A stretch of 64,000 nt of DNA. It comes from an uncultured bacterium. GTDB lineage: Bacteria > Patescibacteriota > Minisyncoccia > Minisyncoccales > UBA10102. Where the stretch lies: NCBI GenBank assembly GCA_913054235.1, contig CAJXJI010000001.1:6868-70867 (forward strand). Direction: 5' to 3'. The notes beneath the pieces are model-generated. The model was not told the origin of the DNA, searched no databases, and saw nothing but the letters and a program-made list of their open reading frames with translations. Below are positions 18,696 to 27,311 of the stretch, piece after piece. Every line of letters starts with the position of its first letter. Within the stretch, counting starts at the first letter, position 1. The position numbers and the translations under genes are program-made.

Positions 18696-18893
18696 ATATA
18701 TATACCCCATGTACATGAGGTGCATATATATGGATCAGAAGCGCTTGACTCCACTTGTAAGACTTCGTGAGCGCTACTCCTGATCCAATTGTTATAGTAT
18801 CAAAAAACCCTTTAGAAAGCAAAAAACCTCGATTGAACAAGGTTTTCTGCCGTCTTACGTAGAGCACCCCGAAGGGTAACACTCACACTCCCT

Positions 18894-18921
18894 TTATACC
18901 TTATACATCTAATTTTGTCAA
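18894..18921 (-). promoter_or_regulatory. Near-consensus sigma70-type promoter (TTGACA-17-TATAAA) facing murB
   Basis: Minus strand reads TTGACAaaattagatgtataaggTATAAA. It sits in a 475-bp noncoding gap, about 170 nt upstream of the murB start. Confidence 0.4.
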
Positions 18922-19201
18922 TCCCCTCCCTCCGAATGGTTTTACCTCCCAAATAATCCTTGAATAAAACTTGTAAGGCCAGCAGCGCCAGATATGGTTT
19001 GTGCAAGAAAGTTGTAGTAGCGAACAGACATCTGACAGGACAATATAGATAAGGATAATCTCTCTTGAACGAAGACTATATTATTTCCCTTGAACTACTT
19101 GATAAGGAAATACTATAATTATAATTGGTAATAGAGAGGCCTACGTAGAATAAGAATTTTGATTTTTACTTAAATCTAAAGTTATCCACAGCTTGACCGA
19201 G

Positions 19202-20926
19202 TCAAGGCAGAAATGAATTGATTTTCGCTCGAGTAAAGAATCCAACATACCCATTTCCCTTTGCAAGATTTACAGGAGTTAAAATATCATCGGCATACTT
19301 TTCCTGAAACCGAATTACCGCATTGAGAGTTAGGGGACCAAAGTTTCCCGTTACTAAACCTTCAGGATAAATCTCCTCTCCTTGTGCTTTCAAAAACTCC
19401 TGTAAACAACTAACTTTTCCTCCTTTCATACCAAAAAACAGGTTGCCAGAAATACTGTTGCAAGCTACCTTCACTCCTCCAAGTTTAAGAGCAAGCTCTG
19501 TCTGGAGTCTTGCTATCTCTTTGCGTAAAAACTCAATCTGGCTTAATAGCTGTGAAATAAGGGCATCTTCTTCTTGCGGCGTTCTGCTTGAAGCCGTCGC
19601 AACAAAAGAAAAAGGATGCGACAAGTAAGGCTCCTCTAGCTTAGTGCTCTTGGTCTTTGAAAAAGGAAGAAAGATAATTGAGCGAACCTCACTATTAAAC
19701 TTTGGCAGCACCACGCTCCCTCCTCCCTCAAGATTTAATTCTAAGGTATGCACAGAAAATGTGCGATCAACATTCTCTATAATATATGGGACATCAAACA
19801 GGGCAGATGAATTTCCTTGAAACTTCACTTCCAGAACTTCCTGCCCTCCCAATATCTTTACCCAATTTCCAGCCCAATCTTTCGTAGAGTTGTTTAGCGT
19901 TAAGGTGCTGTTTCCAACTCCCGGAAGAAAATTGGTCTGAGGAATAATTCTAAAGTTTACCAAATGCGGGTTGTGGTAGCAATAGCGTTCCCCGTAGGAA
20001 CAATCATTTAAAAACAATGCTATGAGCCAATCAGAAAACACCTGAGTAAAGGTCTTCTCAAATTTGCCTTTCGCTAATGCGTCGTTTAAGGAAACAATCC
20101 CCACTTCGTGGGAATTTAAAGAATCTGCTAAGACCTGCACCCCATATTGATCAACTAAATACTGAGAAAACAAATGCACTGCTCCATAGTCTACAGTTAT
20201 ATTAAACCACTCTGTGAGTGAATTGGTGGAGTCGGAAAGAAAGTTTTCAACCCTTTGTTTTACCACACTGGTTTCATATGAGAGATCGTATCCCAAAAGT
20301 GTTGAGGCATATTCAGCCCGCACTTCATTGAGCCACACTTCTTCCGTAACATCTTTTAGGCGATTCTTTTGGTTAAAGGTAATAACATGCACAAACTCAT
20401 GGGCTAAAAAACTCTTGAGCAAAGGGCTTTGCAAGTTCTTTGCATTAAGATAAATCATCTCCCGTTCATTAGACTTTGGATTCTGCAAACGCAAAAATTC
20501 GTCTCCGTAATTTGTGTATCCTCCGGCATGCTCTCTCATTTCATGAAACAGCACGGTAATAATAGGGTCATTATCAATACCGGGCTTCCATTCTGAGCCA
20601 AAGGTCTGCGTTAATCTAGGATATGCATTTTGCTCAAATTCGTCAGCTAAAGCAATAAGTGATTGTTCGCCTTGTTCTCGTGCGTTTTCAGAAAGACTAG
20701 CCCACCAAGTCTTCTCAATATAGAAATATATCGTTGAGTTGGCGACTTGAAGCACGGCGTCAAGCTCTTCTCTTTGTTTTATGTCGTATTCTGAGTCAAC
20801 AGAAAAACGCTGTTGATCACCTAAAACATCAGCTATGACCCCTAAAGGCAAAAACAAGGCGCTTAAAAGAACGCCTGCAAAAAACAGTTTACTGAGATTT
20901 TGAACTTGCATTGAGAAGATTTGCAT
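19202..20926 (-). CDS. Secreted HExxH zinc metallopeptidase with C-terminal coiled-coil plus peptidoglycan-binding-like (PG_binding_1) module
   Basis: Signal peptide LSKLFFAGVLLSALFLPLGVIA; HEFVHV zinc motif; coiled coil IEFLRKEIARLQTELALKL. C-terminal domain VSCLQEFLKAQG...GNFGPLTLNAVIRFQEKYADDILTP...GYVGFFTRAKIN. The start is uncertain (track 21013; internal Met about 20926). Confidence 0.7.
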   Translation of the reverse strand: MQIFSMQVQNLSKLFFAGVLLSALFLPLGVIADVLGDQQRFSVDSEYDIKQREELDAVLQVANSTIYFYIEKTWWASLSENAREQGEQSLIALADEFEQNAYPRLTQTFGSEWKPGIDNDPIITVLFHEMREHAGGYTNYGDEFLRLQNPKSNEREMIYLNAKNLQSPLLKSFLAHEFVHVITFNQKNRLKDVTEEVWLNEVRAEYASTLLGYDLSYETSVVKQRVENFLSDSTNSLTEWFNITVDYGAVHLFSQYLVDQYGVQVLADSLNSHEVGIVSLNDALAKGKFEKTFTQVFSDWLIALFLNDCSYGERYCYHNPHLVNFRIIPQTNFLPGVGNSTLTLNNSTKDWAGNWVKILGGQEVLEVKFQGNSSALFDVPYIIENVDRTFSVHTLELNLEGGGSVVLPKFNSEVRSIIFLPFSKTKSTKLEEPYLSHPFSFVATASSRTPQEEDALISQLLSQIEFLRKEIARLQTELALKLGGVKVACNSISGNLFFGMKGGKVSCLQEFLKAQGEEIYPEGLVTGNFGPLTLNAVIRFQEKYADDILTPVNLAKGNGYVGFFTRAKINSFLP

Positions 20927-21554
20927 ATTCAACAAACTTTTCGTTATTCCCTGTTTCCAAAAAGTATGAAATAAGCCAGTTAAACAGATCAAAGTGATTA
21001 TTCGTTGCCTCAAGTCCTTTTAGAAATAAAGCTTCTATTTCCTCTGGCGATTTTAAAAGTCTAAATTGATATAGATAGCCAAGACTTCGGTATGCAGGCA
21101 CTCTATTAGGATAGGCCTCAAGGAGAGTGAGCCATGCAGTTTCTGATTCCTCGTATCTTGCCAAGTCGCTATAGATATTTGCAATGTTATTTAAGGCAGT
21201 AATGTTAGTTAAATCAAGCAAAAGCGCTTTTCCATACCACTCTAAAGCCTCCTCCTTTTCTTCCAATAGATTGAGGTTCGCTCCCATTGCCAAGAGCGCG
21301 TTTAAATCGTTTATACTATCTTCATCTTCCAAATCATCAAGCGCATTCAGTATTCCTTGAACAAATTCATCTCCCCGAGGATGCCTATCTTTTAAAGATT
21401 CATATGGCACACGGTCAATGACTACTGGGGCTAAAATATCATCACGTGTTTCTTGTTTCTTTTCTGATTGTTTTAGATTTTTTGAAGAGCTTAAAACAAA
21501 ACCAACTCCGACTAACAAAAGCACAACAATAATAACAACAATAATTTTTTGCAT
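20889..21554 (-). CDS. TPR-repeat protein with N-terminal transmembrane anchor
   Basis: N-terminal MQKIIVVIIVVLLLVGVGFVL; repeated AxxxYxxLGxxY-type TPR units (ALEWYGKALLLD, NIANIYSDLARYEE, AWLTLLEAYPNRVPAYRSLGYLY). Confidence 0.7.
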   Translation of the reverse strand: MQKIIVVIIVVLLLVGVGFVLSSSKNLKQSEKKQETRDDILAPVVIDRVPYESLKDRHPRGDEFVQGILNALDDLEDEDSINDLNALLAMGANLNLLEEKEEALEWYGKALLLDLTNITALNNIANIYSDLARYEESETAWLTLLEAYPNRVPAYRSLGYLYQFRLLKSPEEIEALFLKGLEATNNHFDLFNWLISYFLETGNNEKFVEYANLLNASSKSQ

Positions 21555-21586
21555 ATGTTCAATATATCATAAAGAAATCCAAACCA

Positions 21587-21607
21587 AAAGCCCCCTTAGG
21601 GGGCTTT
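21587..21607 (-). terminator. Hairpin terminator (AAAGCCCCC-uaag-GGGGCUUU then UGGUUU) closing the GC-rich block
   Basis: Perfect 9-bp GC-rich stem seen directly; followed on the minus strand by TTGGTTTGG. Confidence 0.45.
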
Positions 21608-21609
21608 GG

Positions 21610-21970
21610 CATCCTCACCAGGAATGGATTACTGTTGAAGTAATAAGTTCAATTGCGCTCTTGTTTTGGGGCAGAAACTCAACTGCTTGAGTTTCTGCGA
21701 GTTTGCCTGCCCCGAGTCCCCGAGAAACAGAACTATGTAAACCCAGGGCCCTGCTTTGAAAAACTGTCGAAGGCAAATCGTTTTACAAGGCAGGTACATT
21801 TACCTACTGTCCCAATAGGGAATTCAGTTGGGCGCGAGTCTTCGGGTTGCGAGTGGGATAGCCAAGGCTGCACCATTGGGTGCGTAACTGCTTCTGCTCA
21901 AGACCCTTCAGTGGAATGTGCAAATGCTGGAGGCGCATGGGATGGATTCACCTGTCTTTTTGAGCCTAAA
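21610..21970 (-). ncRNA. Candidate structured ncRNA of unknown class (GC-rich, hairpin-dense intergenic block)
   Basis: Local GC is about 50% against about 38% around it. Perfect 12-bp hairpin GCAGAAACUCAA/UUGAGUUUCUGC at 21671-21698; further stems GCACC-auug-GGUGC and CAGGUA/UACCUG. Bounded by hairpin terminators at 21587-21607 and 21968-22003. Strand inferred from terminator orientation. Confidence 0.35.
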
Positions 21971-22003
21971 AACCAAACCCCACCCCCCTTTTGAGGGGTG
22001 GGG
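21968..22003 (-). terminator. Rho-independent terminator after the giant surface-protein gene
   Basis: Minus strand: GCCCCACCCCUC-aaaa-GGGGGGUGGGG followed by TTTGGTTTTT, about 50 nt past the stop at 22053. Confidence 0.6.
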
Positions 22004-22052
22004 CTGGAATCCTCATCTTGCTTTAGCTGAGGCAAGATGCACAAGAGTAGGA

Positions 22053-25000
22053 TTAGTAACTGTAGGTAGGTCCTGTTGCGGCAGAACCGTAGCTATCGGT
22101 TTCTGTCTTATAGGTAGCAGCACCGGAAGTGTTTAGTGGGGTGTAATCCCAGCTAAATCCTTCAACCTGTGCTGTTGTAACCTGGTTTGGTCCTTTGGCT
22201 CCAGGAATTCTGATTCCAAAGCTTGCCGATACTGAAGTTACGAGACCTGAACTATCTTCTGCTCGCTTCACGTTTGACGTGTCAGCTTTCACTACCAATG
22301 TCATTGTTTGGCCTGCAGTTACTGTCTGCTCGGCCAAAGCCGTTACAGCAGAACGTGCATCAAATACAACAGTACCAGAACCTCTAGTAAGGTTGTAGAT
22401 GTCAGCCGGCTCAGTGCCAGCCACAGCAGCTGCGTTGGTGGAAATTCCAGATATTGCTACCTGGGTTACAGTAACTGTGTTTGCTCCAATAGAAGCAACT
22501 GTTGCTGTACCACTATCTGCAGCAGTACCCGCTATAACGTAGAGCTGATCACCAACCTGATACTTTGAAGCATCTGCAACGTCATAAGTCAAACCACTAT
22601 TTGCAGTGGCGCCATCAACGTCAGATACCGTGTACACAATGTAGGTGTCATCAGTTGCTATGGTGCCATCTACAACATCGGCTGCCATAACCATAACTGT
22701 AGAACTCGTAATACTGGCCACTGTGGTTGTTCCAGAGTTCGCTTCTGTACTTAAATCAATATAAAGGACAGAGTCACCAACTAGGAATCCAGCTGTACCA
22801 GCAACAGTAGCAGTAGCTGTACTACCTGAAGTAGCTGTAGTTCTGGTGTTTGTTGCAAGACCTGATACTTCAGCGATTATAGTATCGCCATTAAACAACT
22901 TAAAGTCTTTTACATTCCAGTCTGCGCTACTACCAAGCTTCTCTACTACCAAGCTTCTAAACGTCATGTCTCGGCTTCCAGAAGCTTTAATGCTAATGGT
23001 TCCAACAACCTGATCAAGGGCAGGTGATGCAACTCCTCCTGTTGGAAGAGAGTCACTTCCTGTGACAGTAAGCACTGGTTGCACCTCTTCATACCTCATG
23101 GTGTTACCCGTAAGGCTATTGGTGTTCGTGATCTTAGTAACATGGTCTCCAGCTGCTGCGATTGCAATTGAACCAGCAGGGCTAAAGGCAAGGCCTGAAA
23201 TTGCACTACCTGAAGCCACAGCCGTGGTCACGATTGCAAATCCTGCCTCGTTATCATCAGAGTCATATACATACACCAGATCACCTACGGCGTAAGCTAC
23301 CCCAGCGTTTGCATTTCCAAGAATGGCCTCTACCTTAGAAAGCTTGGTGATAATATCACCTGCTGCCCAAGAAGTGTCAGTTGCTTCTCCTTCAAGATCC
23401 AGGTCAGCTGATGCCAAGTTCACTGAATCATCATCCGTAGTTACCAATGCAAATCCTGGAGCTGTGGTTGTTCCAGCATCAGCTGTTACAGTCCAGTATA
23501 CAACGTCACCCACGTCTCCAGAGTAAGCATCCGTACCTGCGGTATACGCAGTTCCAGATGAAAGGGACTCTTGCGTGGTCAAACCAGAGCCTGATCCAAT
23601 TACATCAGCAGCGCTAAATCCGAGAACTCCAAGGTTTGATGCGGTCAACGTTCCAACTACCGTAGTATCCACAACTGCGGTTATTACTCGGGAACCATAT
23701 GAAGGAACAATGATCTCATTTCCTGAGCCAAAGGTAAACGTTGCAGTTCCTGCTGTGAGAGCTGTTGAAGGGTCGCTTGAAAGACCCGTGCCAAGCAACT
23801 TCACATTTGCAATGTTTCCTGCTCCATTCAATGTTCGCAGTACAAGCCTTTCTACCTTCATGTCTTCTACTGTTGCAGACAACTTAATTCTTGCCATTTC
23901 AATTCCGGTTAAACCAGGGGTCAAGAATCGGCTGGAAGCAGCTCCGGTAGAATCCATAGCAACTGTTACAGTTCCTGATTCAACAATAGTCAAAGTTCTT
24001 GCTGTCACAGTCGCTGAAGGACCCGTAATGGATGATCCAGATGTTGCACCAACTCCCGTAACATCAGCTGCATTCAGAGAAGCAATGTATGTGTCATTGG
24101 TACCTCCATCAGAAGCTGCGGTGTTTGCGCTTGCATACACATCAACCTGCACTGTCGTGGAAGCTAGAATATTCAGCTCTCCTGAGACAGTAAAGGTGTT
24201 GTTGGTAGCAGTAGGGGAGGCAATAGTGCTTCCCATCTGTGCTCCAGTGCTTGTCAGCTTTACCTTCATGTTGGTCAAACCAGTTGCAACCGCAACATCA
24301 CCTGCAGTAAGATCTACTACGATAGTAGAGATGTTTACTCCTTCAGAAGAGTTAGTTTGCATCAAGAAAGAACCAATAAGAAGCTCTGACTGACCCTCAA
24401 TCACAGTAGCAGCACCTATAGAAGCATTGTTCACAACCGTCAAGGTTGCGGTAGATGCTGTTAAGGTGTTAGTTGAGATATGAGCGTTTGCGTCAGACGC
24501 AGTTCCATAGGTGTTGGATGTCATTCTCTTATAGTACACTCGTCCTAGTCCACCAATGATGGTTTCTGCATCATCGATGCCGGTTCCAGCGTCAACCACA
24601 ACTTTTACCTTAAGTACGGTTCCAGCTGGAATAGTGTAGTACGTAGAAAATGTTACTTGGTCACCACTGTCATTTGCAGCGTTATCATCATCAAACAAAT
24701 CATCTGCTCCAGCTGACTGACTGTGAAGAGTTTGTCCTGCGTCAGTCATGAACTTAATTGTTCCAGAAAAGTCTCCATCGTCAGAGCTTCCACCAAGCTC
24801 ATAGTCAGCTCGCTGAATCTGAATATCTTCACCCTGAGCCTGAAGTTCCCAGACACCAACAACAATGTTGGCCTGTCCGATACCAAAGGTTCCTGAAGGT
24901 GAGCTACCTGACTTGTTCACGGTCAAAGTTCCCTGACTCACAGTCAAGAGGTTGTATCCTGAATTTCCAGTGGTGATGTCACCAATAGGAATTGCGGAGT

Positions 25001-26402
25001 CAACTGTTCCTGCGGCTGTTGGCAAAATACCAAGGCCAGTAGATACTCCGACTACCTGAAGATCGTAATCGTTTTGAATGATAACCTGTCCAGTTCTGTT
25101 AGAACCAGAGATTACATCAACTCGAACGGTTAAATCTTTTGTTGTTCCTTTCAAAATCGTGTAAGGCTCGGAGAGAATAAACTCAACCGACTTGCTGGTT
25201 GCTCCAGCAACCGTTGCCAACACAACTCCGTTAGGATCAACCAAATCAAAGTTTACGAGATCAGCATCAGCTGCAGTTCCATTCTGGAACAATGTCAATC
25301 TGTTAATCTTCGCGTCTTCGTTTCCAGTTGTCTCAACAAAGCGGAACTTGCTCAAAACATAATCAGTTCGTCCAATATCCACACTTACTGAGGTTGAGGT
25401 CTGTGAGACCACATCTATAGTTACTGCTCCCAAAATGCTTGAGGTGGCAGTAAGAGTCTGAAGGTTTCCATTTATAGGAAGACCTGTTGGGTCACCGTTT
25501 ATGCCAGTTACGTTAAATCCAATAGTTCCTGCAGTTGCTGCAGAGTTTACGTGCACTTGCACATTAAACGTGGTAGAGCCTCCTGCTGAGGCCACAATAG
25601 GATCTCCAGTAAATGGAATAGTTACTTTGCCATCAGCTAAAGTAACAACACTTCCGTGTCGATTACCGTTTGCGTCAACGATTAATACTCCGTCAACATT
25701 CGTGTCAATGGAAAGACCAAATCTCTCCACAGTAACAGATGTGACAGAAGCTCCACTTGCTCCTCCATTTACTTGCACCTGAACTACGGTGTTGTAAGCA
25801 GAAGATGCTCCCAATGTTCCAGCTGCTGGGTTGTTAAATCCAACTTGTACGCTGGAAGGACCGGTTGTTGGAGCTGGGGTTGGAGTACCAGGCGTTGGGC
25901 TTGGCGTTGGTGATGCTACAAACAATGCATTGATCTTTGCTCTTGAGGAAGAACCAAAGAATCCGGTTCCAGCACTCAATCCCAAAGGCTCCAATACATT
26001 TGCAGCATACTTGTCCTGAAATTTAATAACTCCGCTTCGGGTAATTGGCCCAAAGAAAGTTGTTTCATTTCCAGGAGAGCCAGCTCCAGAGTCTGCCAAT
26101 TTCGTGGCAGGGTCGGAGTTCAAGAACATCTGGAGGTACATTACGTCCTGTCCCTTAGATCCTACCGTAAGACTTGTGTCCCAGGTAAAACCAGCAGGAA
26201 TGCCAGAAACGCTTACCGTTCCAGTGTCTCCTCCGTCTATGTCTGTTAATTGCGCTTGCAATGTTGCCAATTGCGCCATAAGAGCGTCAATCTGTACCTG
26301 CAATTCAGCTGCGGTTAACGCAGAAGCTGGTGCAGGAACAGCTACGATCCCAAGCATAGCAACAACAGTTACAACGGCAAATATTTTCTTAAATCTACTC
26401 AT
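22053..26402 (-). CDS. Giant (1449 aa) secreted Thr/Ser/Gly/Ala/Val-rich surface protein: N-terminal coiled-coil plus PG-binding-like anchor, then tandem beta-rich domains (putative S-layer/adhesin)
   Basis: Signal peptide MSRFKKIFAVVTVVAMLGIVAVPAPASA. Coiled coil LQVQIDALMAQLATLQAQL. PG_binding_1-like domain GQDVMYLQMFLNSD...FFGPITRSGVIKFQDKYAANVLEP...GFFGSSSRAKIN. Recurring modules of the form ...R(F/L)..V.K..R..F..(L/V)...G......V.F.L.D.NG.V.A.V.G. The coding GC is much higher than the genome background. Confidence 0.75.
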   Translation of the reverse strand: MSRFKKIFAVVTVVAMLGIVAVPAPASALTAAELQVQIDALMAQLATLQAQLTDIDGGDTGTVSVSGIPAGFTWDTSLTVGSKGQDVMYLQMFLNSDPATKLADSGAGSPGNETTFFGPITRSGVIKFQDKYAANVLEPLGLSAGTGFFGSSSRAKINALFVASPTPSPTPGTPTPAPTTGPSSVQVGFNNPAAGTLGASSAYNTVVQVQVNGGASGASVTSVTVERFGLSIDTNVDGVLIVDANGNRHGSVVTLADGKVTIPFTGDPIVASAGGSTTFNVQVHVNSAATAGTIGFNVTGINGDPTGLPINGNLQTLTATSSILGAVTIDVVSQTSTSVSVDIGRTDYVLSKFRFVETTGNEDAKINRLTLFQNGTAADADLVNFDLVDPNGVVLATVAGATSKSVEFILSEPYTILKGTTKDLTVRVDVISGSNRTGQVIIQNDYDLQVVGVSTGLGILPTAAGTVDSAIPIGDITTGNSGYNLLTVSQGTLTVNKSGSSPSGTFGIGQANIVVGVWELQAQGEDIQIQRADYELGGSSDDGDFSGTIKFMTDAGQTLHSQSAGADDLFDDDNAANDSGDQVTFSTYYTIPAGTVLKVKVVVDAGTGIDDAETIIGGLGRVYYKRMTSNTYGTASDANAHISTNTLTASTATLTVVNNASIGAATVIEGQSELLIGSFLMQTNSSEGVNISTIVVDLTAGDVAVATGLTNMKVKLTSTGAQMGSTIASPTATNNTFTVSGELNILASTTVQVDVYASANTAASDGGTNDTYIASLNAADVTGVGATSGSSITGPSATVTARTLTIVESGTVTVAMDSTGAASSRFLTPGLTGIEMARIKLSATVEDMKVERLVLRTLNGAGNIANVKLLGTGLSSDPSTALTAGTATFTFGSGNEIIVPSYGSRVITAVVDTTVVGTLTASNLGVLGFSAADVIGSGSGLTTQESLSSGTAYTAGTDAYSGDVGDVVYWTVTADAGTTTAPGFALVTTDDDSVNLASADLDLEGEATDTSWAAGDIITKLSKVEAILGNANAGVAYAVGDLVYVYDSDDNEAGFAIVTTAVASGSAISGLAFSPAGSIAIAAAGDHVTKITNTNSLTGNTMRYEEVQPVLTVTGSDSLPTGGVASPALDQVVGTISIKASGSRDMTFRSLVVEKLGSSADWNVKDFKLFNGDTIIAEVSGLATNTRTTATSGSTATATVAGTAGFLVGDSVLYIDLSTEANSGTTTVASITSSTVMVMAADVVDGTIATDDTYIVYTVSDVDGATANSGLTYDVADASKYQVGDQLYVIAGTAADSGTATVASIGANTVTVTQVAISGISTNAAAVAGTEPADIYNLTRGSGTVVFDARSAVTALAEQTVTAGQTMTLVVKADTSNVKRAEDSSGLVTSVSASFGIRIPGAKGPNQVTTAQVEGFSWDYTPLNTSGAATYKTETDSYGSAATGPTYSY

Positions 26403-26510
26403 TTTTGTAATGTTTTTTTGTTTTAATTTTTATGCGACTTATCTTTGAGTTTCGACCTTTAAAAAATTATCAATCCCACAGATTGTTAAGTGGGTTCGTC
26501 CTCAAATAAA

Positions 26511-27254
26511 TTAATTGGAAATCATCCAAATATTCTCTAATGCTTTCTGGTAGTTTGCCGCCTGATATGCACCAATAGCTTCTTTGAGCAATACTTCCTG
26601 CTCACTGGTCAATGATCTTTTAAGCAAATCATTTAACTCAGATTCAACTAGAATCTTGGTTGCGCTTTTCAATCCTGATGTTTCTTCTTCTCCGATAGTA
26701 GCACCCAAAATCTGCTCTATTTGAGCTTTACCCTTTTGCAATTGTACTAGTTCTCGAGAAGCCTGTAAAGCCTTTTCAGGTTCGTTTTCCACAAGGGCTA
26801 AAAGACCTCGTGAAACCTCTGCTACGCTTAGGTTAAATTCCTCTGTTGCAGAAGCAAGATTCTTTACCTTGTTCCCCTCAACTACCCTTCTTAAGTCTGC
26901 CAAGCGTCTTTCAGCTACCTTAAAGGTAGCTGAAGAGTCACTTCCTGTGGTTGCCTTTTCAATAATAGAGCGAACCGAGTATAGGGGGTCTCCAGGAAGA
27001 CTGTTTTGTGAAACCTTATACCCAATCCCTCCAAATACCACAAATGCCAAGACTGCAAAGATATAGGCTGGTCTTTCAAGGTATCGGACATAGGATACAA
27101 GATGTCCTATCTTGTAAATAAGGCTAGGATTTTGTCCTATCTCCTTATTAGCCTCATTTGGAATACTGGTCTTAGCAAAAAGCACCCAACTGTTTCTAGG
27201 TTCAATTTCCTTTAAGCGAGATAATTTTGTTATGAGATCCTTTTCGTAGGCCAT
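26511..27254 (-). CDS. Single-pass membrane anti-sigma-factor-like protein (DUF5667-like LPGDPLY motif)
   Basis: Cytoplasmic N-terminus, one TM helix (AYIFAVLAFVVFGGIGYKV), then SLPGDPLYSVRSIIEK and a helical extracytoplasmic domain. Sits immediately downstream of the ECF sigma gene. Confidence 0.6.
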   Translation of the reverse strand: MAYEKDLITKLSRLKEIEPRNSWVLFAKTSIPNEANKEIGQNPSLIYKIGHLVSYVRYLERPAYIFAVLAFVVFGGIGYKVSQNSLPGDPLYSVRSIIEKATTGSDSSATFKVAERRLADLRRVVEGNKVKNLASATEEFNLSVAEVSRGLLALVENEPEKALQASRELVQLQKGKAQIEQILGATIGEEETSGLKSATKILVESELNDLLKRSLTSEQEVLLKEAIGAYQAANYQKALENIWMISN

Positions 27255-27311
27255 TATAGTTATGACGTAAAATAAGGGAAAGTATTACACTATCGGCTAT
27301 CCTAATTTGCT

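Noticed and set aside
21610-21970. tmRNA, RNase P or SRP assignment for the GC-rich block
   Set aside because: No GGAAAGUCC / ACAGAA-CCGGCUUA, no tRNA-like T-arm or acceptor, and no tag-peptide reading frame ending in Ala-Ala-stop. The only tiny frame gives VNVPAL-stop. I could not find SRP helix-8 motifs. Left as unknown class.
21653-21994. 113-aa Cys-rich plus-strand ORF
   Set aside because: It spans a perfect 12-bp hairpin and terminator-like stems. It has no RBS or signal peptide. Its high GC is atypical for coding DNA here and more consistent with structural RNA.
23575-24393. 272-aa and several 60-130-aa plus-strand ORFs inside 22053-26402
   Set aside because: They are antisense artefacts of the GC-rich, Thr/Ala/Gly/Val-biased giant gene on the minus strand. 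They are low complexity with no start context.
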